In this document: one piece after another, positions 8,496 through 17,722 of the stretch | Layout of the letters: each line of letters begins with the position of its first letter | How positions within the stretch are numbered: the stretch's first letter is position 1 | From: an uncultured Anaerolineae bacterium | GTDB taxonomy: Bacteria > Chloroflexota > Anaerolineae > Aggregatilineales > J027 | Assembly (NCBI GenBank): GCA_964557285.1 | Contig: CAZKZS010000002.1 | Coordinates: forward strand, 1 to 56,688 | DNA length: 56,688 nucleotides | Direction: 5' to 3' | Program-made: the position numbers and the translations under genes | Notes under the pieces: model-generated | What the model was told of the DNA's origin: nothing | The model's input: the letters and a program-made list of their open reading frames with translations, nothing else | Database searches by the model: none

Positions 8496-9043
8496 CTAGT
8501 CCGAGTCAGCTGCGCCGCCGCTGTGTGTCTTTTTGAGGTTCATGCGCTCGACCTTCTTTTCGACCTTGAGGAGTTCGATATACGTCAGGCCGCGCCAGTA
8601 ATCCTGTTCGTCGAGGACATCCGGCGGACAGTGGTAGATGTCGCGCATGAGGACGAGTTCAAGGTATTCGTCCGGTGTGTCCGCGCCCCCCGTCCAGAGC
8701 GCTTTGAGCAGCTGACGCCCTATTTTTTTTGGGTGTCGCGCTGCCCCTTGCCACCAATCAGTTCGCCCAGCAGGCGCTGTTCCTGGCTGGTGAGTTCGTC
8801 CAGGACGGTCAAGTCGTCGCTGGGGAGGGGGAGCTGGTTGCCCTCGTCGTCAACCCAGTTCCATTCCACGACGTGTTTTCGGATGAGTTCGGTCTGGGCC
8901 TCTAACTGCTCCTCAACGGACTGGCTGAGCACTTTGCGGAGCGCCTTGATGTCGCGCACTTTTGGCGCCCGGATTTTGACGTAGGAATCCTCTCCCTGAA
9001 CTTCCGGGGTCGGATAGCGATAAATCAGCTGACGCTGTGGCAT
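8496..9043 (-). CDS. Tail assembly chaperone, -1 frameshift fusion product (GT-like)
   Basis: After the slippery site A_AAA_AAA (8729-8723) the -1 frame stays open for 75 codons (IGRQLLKALWTGGADTPDEYLELVLMRDIYHCPPDVLDEQDYWRGLTYIELLKVEKKVERMNLKKTHSGGAADSD). It stops at TAG 8498-8496, just upstream of the TMP start. Confidence 0.65.
8720..9043 (-). CDS. Tail assembly chaperone (G-like, zero-frame product)
   Basis: ATG at 9041-9043, preceded by AGAGGAGG. 107 aa, acidic, between the major tail and tape measure genes. It ends ...ACC CAA AAA AAA TAG. Confidence 0.75.
   Translation of the reverse strand: MPQRQLIYRYPTPEVQGEDSYVKIRAPKVRDIKALRKVLSQSVEEQLEAQTELIRKHVVEWNWVDDEGNQLPLPSDDLTVLDELTSQEQRLLGELIGGKGQRDTQKK
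8723..8729 (-). other. Programmed -1 ribosomal frameshift slippery heptamer A_AAA_AAA
   Basis: Run of 8 A (8723-8730, minus strand) immediately before the zero-frame stop. The -1 frame is open downstream. Confidence 0.65.
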
Positions 9044-9080
9044 TGAAAGAACCTCCTCTAAGAATGATGTGCGATAACTT

Positions 9081-9109
9081 GGGGGGCAGCGTCGGCTTTG
9101 CCGCCCCCC
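9081..9109 (-). other. GC-rich stem-loop between the major tail and chaperone genes (possible attenuator or RNA stabiliser)
   Basis: GGGGGGCAGC ... GCCGCCCCCC arms with one mismatch and a 9-nt loop. No T-run follows on the minus strand, so this is not a classical terminator. Confidence 0.35.
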
Positions 9110-9111
9110 TG

Positions 9112-9555
9112 TTAAACGACGACGCTGTACAGCACTTCGCCGGTCGGTTTCAGCGAGGCGCTGGTCATGACCGGCTCGTCGGCCTCGGCGTCGGTGTCCC
9201 ATTCGAGTTTTTCGAGGACGACTTCCGCCGTGTACTTGTCGGAGCCGGGCTGGTTGTTGGGGATGTAGATGGACAGGGTGCGCGGGTTGTCGTTGCCCCC
9301 GAAGTGCCAGTCCCGCAGGATGTCGAAGCCGTCATCGGCGCCAAGCGTGTACAGCGTGTCGATGTCGAAGGCGGCGTCTTTGGAAATGACCAGTCGGCAC
9401 GGCCATTTATTCCCGAACGTTCTAAATTCCCCGATTTTGTTTTCAATCGTCGTTTTGACCTTGTTGGTTTCACTCGATATGTCGGTCGGCGTTCCGGCGG
9501 CATTATCGAGTTCAATAACGCAGTTGGTGGCCGCGATGGCGGTTGGGCAGGGCAT
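9112..9555 (-). CDS. Major tail protein
   Basis: 147 aa. GGAGGA RBS, ATG at 9553-9555. It occupies the canonical position upstream of the chaperone/TMP genes. Confidence 0.7.
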   Translation of the reverse strand: MPCPTAIAATNCVIELDNAAGTPTDISSETNKVKTTIENKIGEFRTFGNKWPCRLVISKDAAFDIDTLYTLGADDGFDILRDWHFGGNDNPRTLSIYIPNNQPGSDKYTAEVVLEKLEWDTDAEADEPVMTSASLKPTGEVLYSVVV

Positions 9556-9566
9556 GGTTCATCCTC

Positions 9567-10028
9567 CTACTGATACACCTGCACGGTGAGTACAAACTGA
9601 ATGCCCGCGTAACGCAGCTGCGGGTCCCCGTATTCAAACGTGACCCGCTGCCAGCGCCAGCGGAACGACCTGATGTGCTCGTGGCCGAAAAACGGCGGGG
9701 TCAGCTGCTGGTGCAGCACGCCGCGCACCGCGTCGGCCAGCCGGGTTGAGGCCGCCATGTCTTCGCCGATGTGCGAGCGCTGGCGGGCGTAGACATCCAC
9801 GTTGATGATGAGGTCTTCGACTTGCAGGCGGTTCGCGCCGAAGGTTTTGCGGTCGGTCGCGCCGCCCGCGCTGGCGCTGCCGGAGTCCGGGTAGACCTGG
9901 AGCATGGGCGCGTAGACGGATTCGGCCAGGGTGTCGTTGGCCTGGGCCTCCTGAACGCCCGGCGCGAATTGCAGGGTATTGCGGATGGCGTCCACCAAGT
10001 CGTAGACGGAAACAACGGGTTCGCTCAT
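9567..10028 (-). CDS. Tail terminator / head-tail joining protein (DUF3168-like position)
   Basis: 153 aa, between the gp10-like and major tail genes. 4-nt overlap with the upstream gene. Confidence 0.4.
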   Translation of the reverse strand: MSEPVVSVYDLVDAIRNTLQFAPGVQEAQANDTLAESVYAPMLQVYPDSGSASAGGATDRKTFGANRLQVEDLIINVDVYARQRSHIGEDMAASTRLADAVRGVLHQQLTPPFFGHEHIRSFRWRWQRVTFEYGDPQLRYAGIQFVLTVQVYQ

Positions 10029-10510
10029 TTTTTGACAATCCTCGTCACCGCATCGCCGATCAGGCTGCGGATTTCGTCACGGTGCTGGTCGGCACTGCCT
10101 TGCAGGTAGCGCCGGGGTCGCGTGCCGCCGCGCCGGTAAATTGCCAGCGCCACGAGGGCGCCGGATTCCATACCGTGCCGGCTGGCCCACAGGTCGAGGG
10201 CGGACGGCGGCGGGAAGTAGCGGGCGTTGCCCGCGAAAATCCCGGTGCCGAACTCCATGTGGGGGGCGTAGGTGACGTTGCTTCCGACGACCCCTTCAAC
10301 GGTACGGTTGGGCGTCATCCGCACCTGCGGGACAATCGAGCCGCGCAGGATGCCCCGGTCGACGGGCGCGAGCCGCTTGGCGGTGCTGACCAGCAGCAGG
10401 GTGGCCCGCCGGAAAGCAGCCAGCACCGGCTCGCCGTGCAGGTCGGCGATGACCTGCTCCAGCTTGTCCTGGGTGTCGACCAGGCCGCGTACCTCGGCGT
10501 CGACGACCAT
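10025..10510 (-). CDS. HK97 gp10-family head-tail adaptor/tail completion protein
   Basis: Motifs RLAPVDRGILRGSI and YAPHMEFGTG are typical of the HK97 gp10 family. Confidence 0.7.
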   Translation of the reverse strand: MVVDAEVRGLVDTQDKLEQVIADLHGEPVLAAFRRATLLLVSTAKRLAPVDRGILRGSIVPQVRMTPNRTVEGVVGSNVTYAPHMEFGTGIFAGNARYFPPPSALDLWASRHGMESGALVALAIYRRGGTRPRRYLQGSADQHRDEIRSLIGDAVTRIVKK

Positions 10511-11208
10511 CAGGGGTGCAGGCGGCGCATCCGGCGCAGCATCATCGCCAGATCCGGGTCCAACTGCTGCCGGAACAGCACCGTCCCAAACTCGGCATTG
10601 GCGAGGGCGTCGGCCCAGGTGCCTTCGCCGCGTTTGTACCAGCGGCTGGCCTGGGTGATGGTGGCCTGCCGGATTTCCGGCGGCACGGTGTCGGCGTACC
10701 CCCAGCGGGCGGTGATCCGCACGGTCGGTACGGCGATCCCCAGGTCGCCGGCATGGCGGAGGTCTGACGGCAGGCTCAGGCTCGGATGGGCGGACACCGT
10801 GCCGGACGTGAACCGGCGTCCGGCGTCCAGCCCCTGCACGGTCAGCAGCACCCCCATATACGGGGTGCGGTTGAATCGCGGATAGCGGGGATCGCCCGTG
10901 AAAGCGGTCCAGTCCCCAGCGTCCCAGGCCATAAAGGTGGTGCTGTCAAGCGACTCCTTCACGGCCACGCTGGTGATGGCGATACACTCGTCCGTCCATT
11001 GATAGGCGCGTCCGCTGCCGGGAAAGTCGCGCGGCGTCGCGGTGAGGGCGGCCACGAAGCCGTCCTGAGCGCGGTTGCAGGTGTTGTCGATGGCCGCTTC
11101 CGCCGCTTCGATGAGGGCGGTCATGACCTGCTGCTGGGCGGCACCGCGCTGGGTGGCCGGCAGGTTCATGCCGTTAAACACCTCGTCAATGGAGGACACG
11201 TAGCGCAC
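10510..11208 (-). CDS. gp6-like head-tail connector protein
   Basis: GTG at 11206-11208 gives VRYVSSIDEVFNGMNLP..., 6 nt after the upstream stop. An alternative ATG lies at 11169. The track ORF start at 11373 overlaps the previous gene. Confidence 0.55.
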   Translation of the reverse strand: MRYVSSIDEVFNGMNLPATQRGAAQQQVMTALIEAAEAAIDNTCNRAQDGFVAALTATPRDFPGSGRAYQWTDECIAITSVAVKESLDSTTFMAWDAGDWTAFTGDPRYPRFNRTPYMGVLLTVQGLDAGRRFTSGTVSAHPSLSLPSDLRHAGDLGIAVPTVRITARWGYADTVPPEIRQATITQASRWYKRGEGTWADALANAEFGTVLFRQQLDPDLAMMLRRMRRLHP

Positions 11209-11213
11209 GGCGC

Positions 11214-11645
11214 CTAGCCCACCTTCTGGGTGTACAGGGTGCCAGGCACCGGGTTGTAGTCGGCGGGAAGGCCGATCAGTACGGCGCCAACGAGCGTGGC
11301 GGCGGTCGCCGGAGTCAGCGTCAGGCGCACATAGCGAAAGCCGTTGTTTTTGTCGAGTTCGGCGGCTTTGCACTCAATCGCCAGCAGCTTGTTGTCGTCA
11401 GCGTCGGTCAGCGGGGTGATCGCCTTGCCGGTGATGTCTTTGGCGCCCGCGCCGGCAGCGCTGGTGGCCTGTTCGAGTTTGGCGTTGAAGGTGCCGGTCG
11501 CGGCGATGGCGCCCACCAAAATGAGGGCGGCGATGCGCTCGTACAGGGCGCAGTCGACCCAGCCGGTCGACTGCGCGGTGGCGTAGCTGGCCGGGTCGAT
11601 TTTCGCCAGCGGTTCGTGGGTTTCGACGAACTTGTTGCTAAACAT
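11214..11645 (-). CDS. Hypothetical head-associated protein
   Basis: Internal ATG at 11643-11645 with an AAGGAG RBS, 15 nt after the capsid stop. 143 aa. Confidence 0.55.
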   Translation of the reverse strand: MFSNKFVETHEPLAKIDPASYATAQSTGWVDCALYERIAALILVGAIAATGTFNAKLEQATSAAGAGAKDITGKAITPLTDADDNKLLAIECKAAELDKNNGFRYVRLTLTPATAATLVGAVLIGLPADYNPVPGTLYTQKVG

Positions 11646-11659
11646 GGAACGCTCCTTGA

Positions 11660-12952
11660 CTACGCGGCCAGCGCCACAAAGGGCGACACCTGCGTGGTGC
11701 CGTCCTGGTAGGTCAGCGGCGCAGACAGCCAGGGTTTGCCGTCGATGCGTTCGACCACGCGCCAGGAGGTTTTGTCGTAGCGGAACAGTTCGTGCATCGA
11801 ACTGTCCACGGTCACGGCCTGGCGGTCGCCGATCAGGTAGTACGACCAGTCTGCGAGGCAGATATCCCCTTTGCTGCCCAGCACCGGCATTTTTTCGGTG
11901 AAAACGATGGGCAGCCCCAGCAGGCTGTTCGGGCGGCCGTTGGTGGCGTCGCCCCACAGGAACGACGGGTTCCCCGACGGGCCTTCCATGAGCATCAGCT
12001 TGGGCATGGCGCTCTGCGAGGCCAGCCAGATACCCTGGCCGCTGGAGGGCAGGAACTTGGCGAGCATGTCCACCAGGTCGGCGTAGGCGATGGTGCCCCC
12101 GCTGGCGCGGGTTTGTGTCAGGGTGGCCGGGGCATTCAGGATGCCCAGCGGTTTGCCGATCCCATCGCCCTGGACGAAGACAAAATCTTCCATCCAGGCG
12201 GCAGCGCCGGCGAAGCCGAGCGGGCCAGACAGAAAGGCTTCCAGGCCAATCGCGGCGTCGTCGAGCAGTTCGTCGGTCGCAACGGTGTAGCCCACCAGCT
12301 TGTGGGCGTCGAGGCGGATAAAACGGAACTTCGGCTGAGACTGCCCCTTCTGCTCGGCCTCGTCGGCCCAGTACATCTGGATGCCGCCAAACCAGTGGGG
12401 CTGCCCGGCGGTAATGCCGGTCTGGTCCAGCACCGGGATGGTGACGGTGCGGCGGCGCATCGGGATGACGGTCGCACGCGGGCGAACCACAGCCCGTTCA
12501 TTCTGGGCGGCTTGCAGCTGCGCCAGGAATTCGTCGGGGATAAGGAACCCGCCATCGGTCCCCGTCGCGCCGGTCAGGTCTTTCAGGTCGAGTTCGCGTT
12601 TGTGGGTTTCCTTCGACTCTTTGTCGTCGAAGTAGACCAGGCGCGGGTCGACCTGGTGCAGATGACAGGCGGCGTGGACTTTTTTCAGGAAGGCGCCCCA
12701 GTATTTGAACTGGCTGCGCTCCATGTGTCCGCCGGACGTGCCGGCGGCGGCGTCCGCAGCGCTTTCCTGAAGGGCGGTGAGATTCTTGGTGATGTCGTCG
12801 AAGCGATTGGCCCGTTCCTGTTTGGCCTTGCCTTCGGCAATCAGCTTTTCGGCTTTGTCCAGCGCTTCAGGATCATCGCTGTCCAGCAGTTCCTGGGCGC
12901 GGCGGAAGTCGGCAGTCGCTTCATCAAGCAGGGCACGATAGTTGCTGCTCAT
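11660..12952 (-). CDS. Major capsid protein, HK97 fold, with N-terminal coiled-coil delta/scaffold-like domain
   Basis: 430 aa. Helical N-terminus (about 100 aa), then the GGFLIPDEF...LVGYTVATDELLDDA...GLPIVFTE pattern typical of HK97-family capsids. It follows the protease. Confidence 0.9.
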   Translation of the reverse strand: MSSNYRALLDEATADFRRAQELLDSDDPEALDKAEKLIAEGKAKQERANRFDDITKNLTALQESAADAAAGTSGGHMERSQFKYWGAFLKKVHAACHLHQVDPRLVYFDDKESKETHKRELDLKDLTGATGTDGGFLIPDEFLAQLQAAQNERAVVRPRATVIPMRRRTVTIPVLDQTGITAGQPHWFGGIQMYWADEAEQKGQSQPKFRFIRLDAHKLVGYTVATDELLDDAAIGLEAFLSGPLGFAGAAAWMEDFVFVQGDGIGKPLGILNAPATLTQTRASGGTIAYADLVDMLAKFLPSSGQGIWLASQSAMPKLMLMEGPSGNPSFLWGDATNGRPNSLLGLPIVFTEKMPVLGSKGDICLADWSYYLIGDRQAVTVDSSMHELFRYDKTSWRVVERIDGKPWLSAPLTYQDGTTQVSPFVALAA

Positions 12953-12992
12953 GAGGTATGGCTCCCTATGCGGTTTACAGGCCGTGCGTCTG

Positions 12993-13973
12993 TCATTTTA
13001 GCTGTTGCAGCGCGGCGGCAAGGTCTTGACGGAGTTTGTCGGTGCGTGCAGGGTTCGCCTGCGGCGCGGCCGGGGTAGACGTTTCAGGGGTGCTGGCGGG
13101 GGCGTTCTGCAAAGAACGGACGGTAAGGCGCTTGGCTTCAGGAGCGCCTTCGTCCGCGAAAAAGAGGAGGTCGAAAAAGGAGTGGTTTTCGACCGGTCGG
13201 TGGCGGATGTCCTCTGGCAGCGACGCGACAAGCGTGGAGAGGGCGCTGGAGATCGCGGTTGTGAGATGCAGGTGTTCGTTGAAATCCAGCATACCGTTGG
13301 AGAGGAGGCTGCCGATGTAACCGCTGAGGGCAGAATACATTTTGGCGGCCAGGACATCGCCGAGGCGCGGTTGGGGCGTGCCGTCGGGCAGCCATTCCTT
13401 GTGGTCGGGCTGCTGCTTGGCGTCGAGGGTGGCGGTGGCCGGGTTCATGCCCCAGATGACCGGGCTGTACTCCCAGAGTCTGACAGCGCGAATATTCCGA
13501 ACCGTTCGGGGTTTGCCCTCGCGGTCGGTGATTTTGGACACATCGGCCTGCATGATTTCAAAGCCGATGGAATACTCTCGTACAAAGCCGCCCGCAATCA
13601 GGGCGAAGGTTTCCCGTCCGGCGACGGTGTCCAGGGCGAACTGAGTGTGCGTGTACAGCCCGCCGGCGGCGTCCGGGTACTCGGCCCGGATGTCCTCAGG
13701 CAGGTCGTCACGGCCAATTTCCCGGATGTCGAGCGGGCGCCCGACGACGTTCCGCACGGAGGATGTGTTGTGCTGGTCCAGCACGGTCACTCGCGCCCGC
13801 TGCCCGCGTTCGGACAGGGTTTTGGTGTACGCGCCGGGATGGATGATGTCGTCGCCGTCATCCACGATACCGAGGACGCTGACGACGGCCTCGACGGTTC
13901 CCTCGGCGTCGTTCACACGGAGGACTTTGACCGGGAAGGACTTGTAGATTTTTTCGTGGGTTTTGGTGGGCAT
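12993..13973 (-). CDS. Prohead protease, HK97 (S78) family, with C-terminal extension
   Basis: GTVEAVVSVLGIVDDGDDIIHPGAYTKTL, LDQHN..VGRP and YSIGF motifs. 326 aa. Confidence 0.85.
   Translation of the reverse strand: MPTKTHEKIYKSFPVKVLRVNDAEGTVEAVVSVLGIVDDGDDIIHPGAYTKTLSERGQRARVTVLDQHNTSSVRNVVGRPLDIREIGRDDLPEDIRAEYPDAAGGLYTHTQFALDTVAGRETFALIAGGFVREYSIGFEIMQADVSKITDREGKPRTVRNIRAVRLWEYSPVIWGMNPATATLDAKQQPDHKEWLPDGTPQPRLGDVLAAKMYSALSGYIGSLLSNGMLDFNEHLHLTTAISSALSTLVASLPEDIRHRPVENHSFFDLLFFADEGAPEAKRLTVRSLQNAPASTPETSTPAAPQANPARTDKLRQDLAAALQQLK
13497..13509. repeat. Palindrome copy CCGAACCGTTCGG (context TCCGAACCGTTCGGG)
   Basis: Exact 13-nt core, inside the protease gene. Confidence 0.9.
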
Positions 13974-13978
13974 GGCGG

Positions 13979-14386
13979 TTACACCTGAAGCTCGGAACGG
14001 ATGATTTTGACGTAGAACTCGGTCGTCGAGATGGCGTAGCCAAGCAGGGTCGACCAGTCGCCGGTGCCGAGATCCACGGGACGCATGGCGGCGCCCGCGA
14101 GGTCATCGGAGACGCAGTACCACTGCCCCTTCACCAGGCCGGAGCAGCCGGTGATCTTGCCTTCCGTGACTATCAGGCCCACCTGGTCGGCGCCGTTGCC
14201 GTTCATCAGAATCCCGACGGCCTGGGCAGCCGCCTGGCTGTTGCCCTGGGCAGCGGCCAGCTTGCCGTTGGTGTCGATGCGAACCCAGGCGCCGCAGGCG
14301 AGTGTGGCGGACAGGGTTTTGCGGTCGACTTTGGCGGCCGCATCGGGTTTGACGGTGGTGGGAAAGGTGAGGTTGCTGGCTCCCAT
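13979..14386 (-). CDS. DUF2190-like small head protein (possible decoration/cement protein)
   Basis: 135 aa, Gly/Ala-rich beta-type sequence upstream of the protease. RBS AGAGGTAATCC. Confidence 0.45.
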   Translation of the reverse strand: MGASNLTFPTTVKPDAAAKVDRKTLSATLACGAWVRIDTNGKLAAAQGNSQAAAQAVGILMNGNGADQVGLIVTEGKITGCSGLVKGQWYCVSDDLAGAAMRPVDLGTGDWSTLLGYAISTTEFYVKIIRSELQV

Positions 14387-14392
14387 GATGGA

Positions 14393-14830
14393 TTACCTCT
14401 TTCGGCGGCTGCGGCGCGGCGGATCATCGTCCCCACGCTCGTCTTCGGCGGGTTTGACAAACACCGTGTCCTCAGGAGGCGGCGCGTCGGCTTCGGTGTC
14501 CGGCTCGCCGTCTCCAACGAATACTTCGTCTGGCGCGTCGGTTGGCGGTTCCGGCTCCGGCGGCGGTGCGGGCCGCTCCCAGGACGGCGCCGCATCCGGC
14601 CCGCCGGTCAGGACGGCCAGCAGATGGAGGGTCGCATCGACAGGTGTGTACTGGGCAACGCGCCCTTCCTCGACAAAGACAAACGTCGAGGGCAGGCAGC
14701 CGTCCTTGACGATGGCATAGATGCCGTCCGTGAATGGCACGCTGGCAAGCGCGTCGCAGTAGGTGTCGTGCAGTGGGTCGGTGGCGGCAAACCCCGTTTG
14801 GCTCCCGTAAGCGAAAATGCTGTACCCCAT
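14393..14830 (-). CDS. Hypothetical protein with acidic Pro-rich C-terminal half and basic tail
   Basis: ATG at 14828-14830, RBS AAAGGGAG. It is the first gene of the head operon. Confidence 0.6.
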   Translation of the reverse strand: MGYSIFAYGSQTGFAATDPLHDTYCDALASVPFTDGIYAIVKDGCLPSTFVFVEEGRVAQYTPVDATLHLLAVLTGGPDAAPSWERPAPPPEPEPPTDAPDEVFVGDGEPDTEADAPPPEDTVFVKPAEDERGDDDPPRRSRRKR

Positions 14831-14929
14831 GTCGAACTCCCTTTCTGTGTAGATTGTATACCCATTCGTTTTTTTTGGCTATACATTTGTTCTAATCACG
14901 ACAATTTTTGGCGTATTCCCCCTTCGCTC

Positions 14930-14958
14930 TTTACACATACTACACTATAGTGTATTAT
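14930..14958 (+). promoter_or_regulatory. Promoter P1 with embedded operator TACAC-TATA-GTGTA
   Basis: -35 TTTACA (14930-35), 17-nt spacer, -10 TATTAT (14953-58). The palindrome at 14941-14954 overlaps the spacer and -10. Confidence 0.7.
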
Positions 14959-15019
14959 GATTATGACGTAGTAGGTGGCACCCCACTGCGCTTATTCAGC
15001 ACAGAAAGAAGGAGGAGAC

Positions 15020-15523
15020 ATGATGAACCACAAACCTGAACTGCCGCGCACACTCACCGGGCGACTGGCGGTTCCGAAGGGGTCGGCGGTGCTGTACTCC
15101 AGCCAGGCTGACGAGGAGTTTGGCCGTGTGGTCGGCCATGTGATCGGGCCATCGGGCCGGGTCAGCCACTATCAGGTAGTGACCAATGGCAAGATGGTAC
15201 GGGTTCCGACCTATCGGGTTCTCCGCGAGGCGCGGGACAGACAGCCGCTGCCGGGCGTGCCGGAACATATTCCAAGCCTGGTCGAGTTTGCCCGGTTGTG
15301 CCGGATGATCCGGGCCACCGTCCTCCGCAACGAGGACACACTGCTGGCAACAGTGGCGGGCCGCACCGCGATTTGTCATGTGTGCAGCAGCGAGCAGGTC
15401 GCCGTCCGCGCTCTGAAGACGGTGCAGGCGTCGCTCCGTCGTGTCGCTGCCCGCGATCCCCGTCCGCGTGTCTCTCGCGCCCCGTACCCGTCCTACCGAT
15501 GGGCCACCGGGGGCGGCCTATGA
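15020..15523 (+). CDS. Hypothetical protein
   Basis: ATG at 15020 after AGAAAGAAGGAGG. 167 aa. Confidence 0.6.
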   Translation: MMNHKPELPRTLTGRLAVPKGSAVLYSSQADEEFGRVVGHVIGPSGRVSHYQVVTNGKMVRVPTYRVLREARDRQPLPGVPEHIPSLVEFARLCRMIRATVLRNEDTLLATVAGRTAICHVCSSEQVAVRALKTVQASLRRVAARDPRPRVSRAPYPSYRWATGGGL

Positions 15524-15876
15524 AGGCCATTCCGAACCGTTCGGTACCGCCCATTCGTGACCTGTTCAACAAGATCGCAGACCCGGAGTGGATTCTCTGG
15601 TCACTGGTTGACGGCAAGGCGGCGGGCCGCTGCGGCAGCCTCCAGCGCCTGCTGGACGACCTCTGGCTGGTGCTGGTCTGGGTGGACCCTGATTTTGGCC
15701 TCCAGCACTGGCAGGCCGAGCGCTACCTGCGGGCCTGGCGCCGGCATTACCCAGACCAGGTGGAGGCGACACTGGAGTTGATCGAGGCGGTCATCCTGGA
15801 AACAAGCCGCCCGGATGAGATCAGCTGGTGCAGCACGATCCTTCAGCAGCGGGAAGGAGGGGCGGACGGATGGTGA
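15520..15876 (+). CDS. Hypothetical protein
   Basis: ATGA start/stop overlap at 15520. MKAIPNRSVPPIRDLF...; 118 aa. Confidence 0.55.
   Translation: MKAIPNRSVPPIRDLFNKIADPEWILWSLVDGKAAGRCGSLQRLLDDLWLVLVWVDPDFGLQHWQAERYLRAWRRHYPDQVEATLELIEAVILETSRPDEISWCSTILQQREGGADGW
15532..15544. repeat. Palindrome copy CCGAACCGTTCGG
   Basis: Exact 13-nt core at the 5' end of CDS 15520..15876. Confidence 0.9.
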
Positions 15877-16118
15877 CGCAGCTGATGTTGGTTCCAGTCA
15901 TGGTCGACGACTTGCGAGCGGAGGGCCTGCCTGCGTTCGCGCAGGATGCCGAGAGCGGTTTATGGGTGATGGAATTTGGGCAGGGCTGCCAGGCAGTGTT
16001 CACGGCGGACTATGACGAGTCGGTGCAGATCGCCCATCGGATGTGGGTTCGGCACGAACATCCGGCTTCTTTCCTTCCTGAGCCGGAACCCTGGTGGAGG
16101 CGGGAACATCCCTTCTGA
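15870..16118 (+). CDS. Hypothetical protein
   Basis: ATG at 15870 overlaps the upstream stop. 82 aa. Confidence 0.5.
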   Translation: MVTQLMLVPVMVDDLRAEGLPAFAQDAESGLWVMEFGQGCQAVFTADYDESVQIAHRMWVRHEHPASFLPEPEPWWRREHPF

Positions 16119-16142
16119 GATGATGGTTGTGGGAGTGTGCGG

Positions 16143-16171
16143 CCGCTGCTGTCCCTGGCAGCGGTTTTTTT
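16143..16171 (+). terminator. Rho-independent terminator
   Basis: CCGCTGC tgtccctg GCAGCGG followed by T7. Confidence 0.7.
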
Positions 16172-16188
16172 AGCGATGAGGAGGACCG

Positions 16189-16614
16189 ATGATCGCCATT
16201 ACTCTCCACCAGCCCTGGGCCACGCTGGTCGCTATCGGGGCAAAGGAATACGAGACACGAAGCTGGGCGACCCGGTATAGGGGACAGATCGCTATCCACG
16301 CGGGCAAGTACAAATGCCGGGACTACGGCAAGCTGCTGTGGCAGGATCCGTTTAAGTCGGTGCTGAAGAAAGCGGGCTTCGACTACTACGACGCGCTGCC
16401 GTTCGGGATGGTGATCGCGGTCGCGGACCTGACCGCCATCTACGATGGGGAGATGCTGGCACCGAAGCTGGCGGCGATGGGCCGCGATCAGGAACTGATT
16501 TTCGGTTCCTATGGGCCGGGCCGTTACGCCTGGCGGCTGGAAAACGTGAAACGAATCGCCCCGCGCCCGGCCAGAGGAGGGCATAAATTGTGGACTTGGC
16601 ACGCGGCGCTGTAG
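16189..16614 (+). CDS. ASCH domain protein
   Basis: MIAITLHQPWATLVAIGAKEYETRSW..YRGQIAIHAG matches the ASCH/PUA-like N-terminal signature. RBS GAGGAGGA. Confidence 0.65.
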   Translation: MIAITLHQPWATLVAIGAKEYETRSWATRYRGQIAIHAGKYKCRDYGKLLWQDPFKSVLKKAGFDYYDALPFGMVIAVADLTAIYDGEMLAPKLAAMGRDQELIFGSYGPGRYAWRLENVKRIAPRPARGGHKLWTWHAAL

Positions 16615-16627
16615 CACGGATGTGCTA
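16612..16627. promoter_or_regulatory. Palindrome TAGCAC-GGAT-GTGCTA (second operator-like family)
   Basis: Perfect 6-4-6 inverted repeat spanning the ASCH stop codon, 46 nt upstream of the next ATG. Confidence 0.3.
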
Positions 16628-16672
16628 GAAAGTTAAGCAAGGTAATCCAATTTACCTGGGAGCCGAGAGGTT

Positions 16673-17083
16673 ATGTATATCATAAAGGGAGTGATAACCG
16701 CCCCCCAGCGCTGGTGGCGCGAAACAAAGGTCGGGCTGTATGAGCGGCGGATCGTCTGGCTGGTCGATGTACTCGGAACGAGAGAATCCGAGCTTTCATT
16801 CGTGAAGGTGCGCTACAAGTGGCGCCATGACAAAGCCGGGTTTCGCGCGGACGTGATGTTGGATTGGGAGGGAAACCATATCGCTTACGGTGTGCTGGAA
16901 TTTCGGGGCGACGTGGTTCTGGAATGGAAGGATGGCGAGGTATACCGCTACCATCCGGGCTGGTGGGAGCGCGTTTTTGTCAACCTAGTTGAGCAAATAC
17001 AAGAGTCTTATGAACAGGCGCGGTTCGCCGAGTATGAGACGCGGTTCGCGCCGCACAAGTCGAAAGAAGAAGACGAGTATTAG
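16673..17083 (+). CDS. Hypothetical protein
   Basis: ATG at 16673, GAGAGG RBS. 136 aa. Confidence 0.6.
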   Translation: MYIIKGVITAPQRWWRETKVGLYERRIVWLVDVLGTRESELSFVKVRYKWRHDKAGFRADVMLDWEGNHIAYGVLEFRGDVVLEWKDGEVYRYHPGWWERVFVNLVEQIQESYEQARFAEYETRFAPHKSKEEDEY

Positions 17084-17094
17084 AGGAGTTTTTG

Positions 17095-17532
17095 ATGAAG
17101 GTGGTACACATCTTTACCGATGGGGCGTGCAGGGGCAATCCGGGGCCGGGCGGCTGGGCTGTGCTGTTCCGCAGCCCGGACAGTGAGACACCGCGAGAAC
17201 TGTCCGGTGGCGACTCGAACACCACCAATAACCGGATGGAGCTAATGGCGATCATCATGGCGCTGGAGGCGCTGGAGGTTCCTCATATCATCATCCTGAC
17301 GACGGATTCGGAGTATGTCCGCAAGGGCATTACCGAATGGATCGTCCGATGGAAAGGCAACGGCTGGCGCACCTCGAATGGAAACGCCGTGAAAAATCGG
17401 GACTTGTGGGAACGACTGGATAACGCGGCCCAGCATCATACGATTGACTGGCGCTGGGTCCGTGGGCACGCGGGCAACCCAGACAATGAGCGCGTGGATG
17501 CGCTCGCAGTGGCGGCCATCCCAGATGATTAG
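17095..17532 (+). CDS. rnhA: Ribonuclease HI
   Basis: [29 protein letters not shown] and [16 protein letters not shown] cover the full DEDD(H) RNase H type 1 motif set. The ATG at 17095 is preceded by an in-frame TTG. Confidence 0.9.
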   Translation: MKVVHIFTDGACRGNPGPGGWAVLFRSPDSETPRELSGGDSNTTNNRMELMAIIMALEALEVPHIIILTTDSEYVRKGITEWIVRWKGNGWRTSNGNAVKNRDLWERLDNAAQHHTIDWRWVRGHAGNPDNERVDALAVAAIPDD

Positions 17533-17722
17533 GGCCACCCTGTTCGGTCACGAGTGCCACTGGGACGGCGAATTGAGCGAGATGCTGGCACAGCCGGCGT
17601 CGGATTATACCCGGATCACCGAGGAACCATTCGCAGAAGACGAGGTATCCGCGCGAGCCAATGCGCTGTACGCCCGGATACAGGCCGTTTGGAAGAAACG
17701 AGCGGAGGCCAGGGATGAGTGA
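17525..17722 (+). CDS. Small hypothetical protein
   Basis: ATG at 17525 overlaps the rnhA 3' end. High third-position G+C. 65 aa. Confidence 0.5.
   Translation: MIRATLFGHECHWDGELSEMLAQPASDYTRITEEPFAEDEVSARANALYARIQAVWKKRAEARDE

Noticed and set aside
1808-8499. Very long plus-strand ORFs (894 aa at 1808..4492; 1058 aa at 5323..8499). Similar ones lie at 11792..13078, 20446..21699, 22836..24110, 25649..26896 and 28155..29576.
   Set aside because: They lie antisense or out of frame to genes with clear phage homology. Their products are Arg/Gly/Ala/Pro-rich low-complexity sequence typical of shadow ORFs in high-G+C DNA, and they lack RBS or coupling signals.
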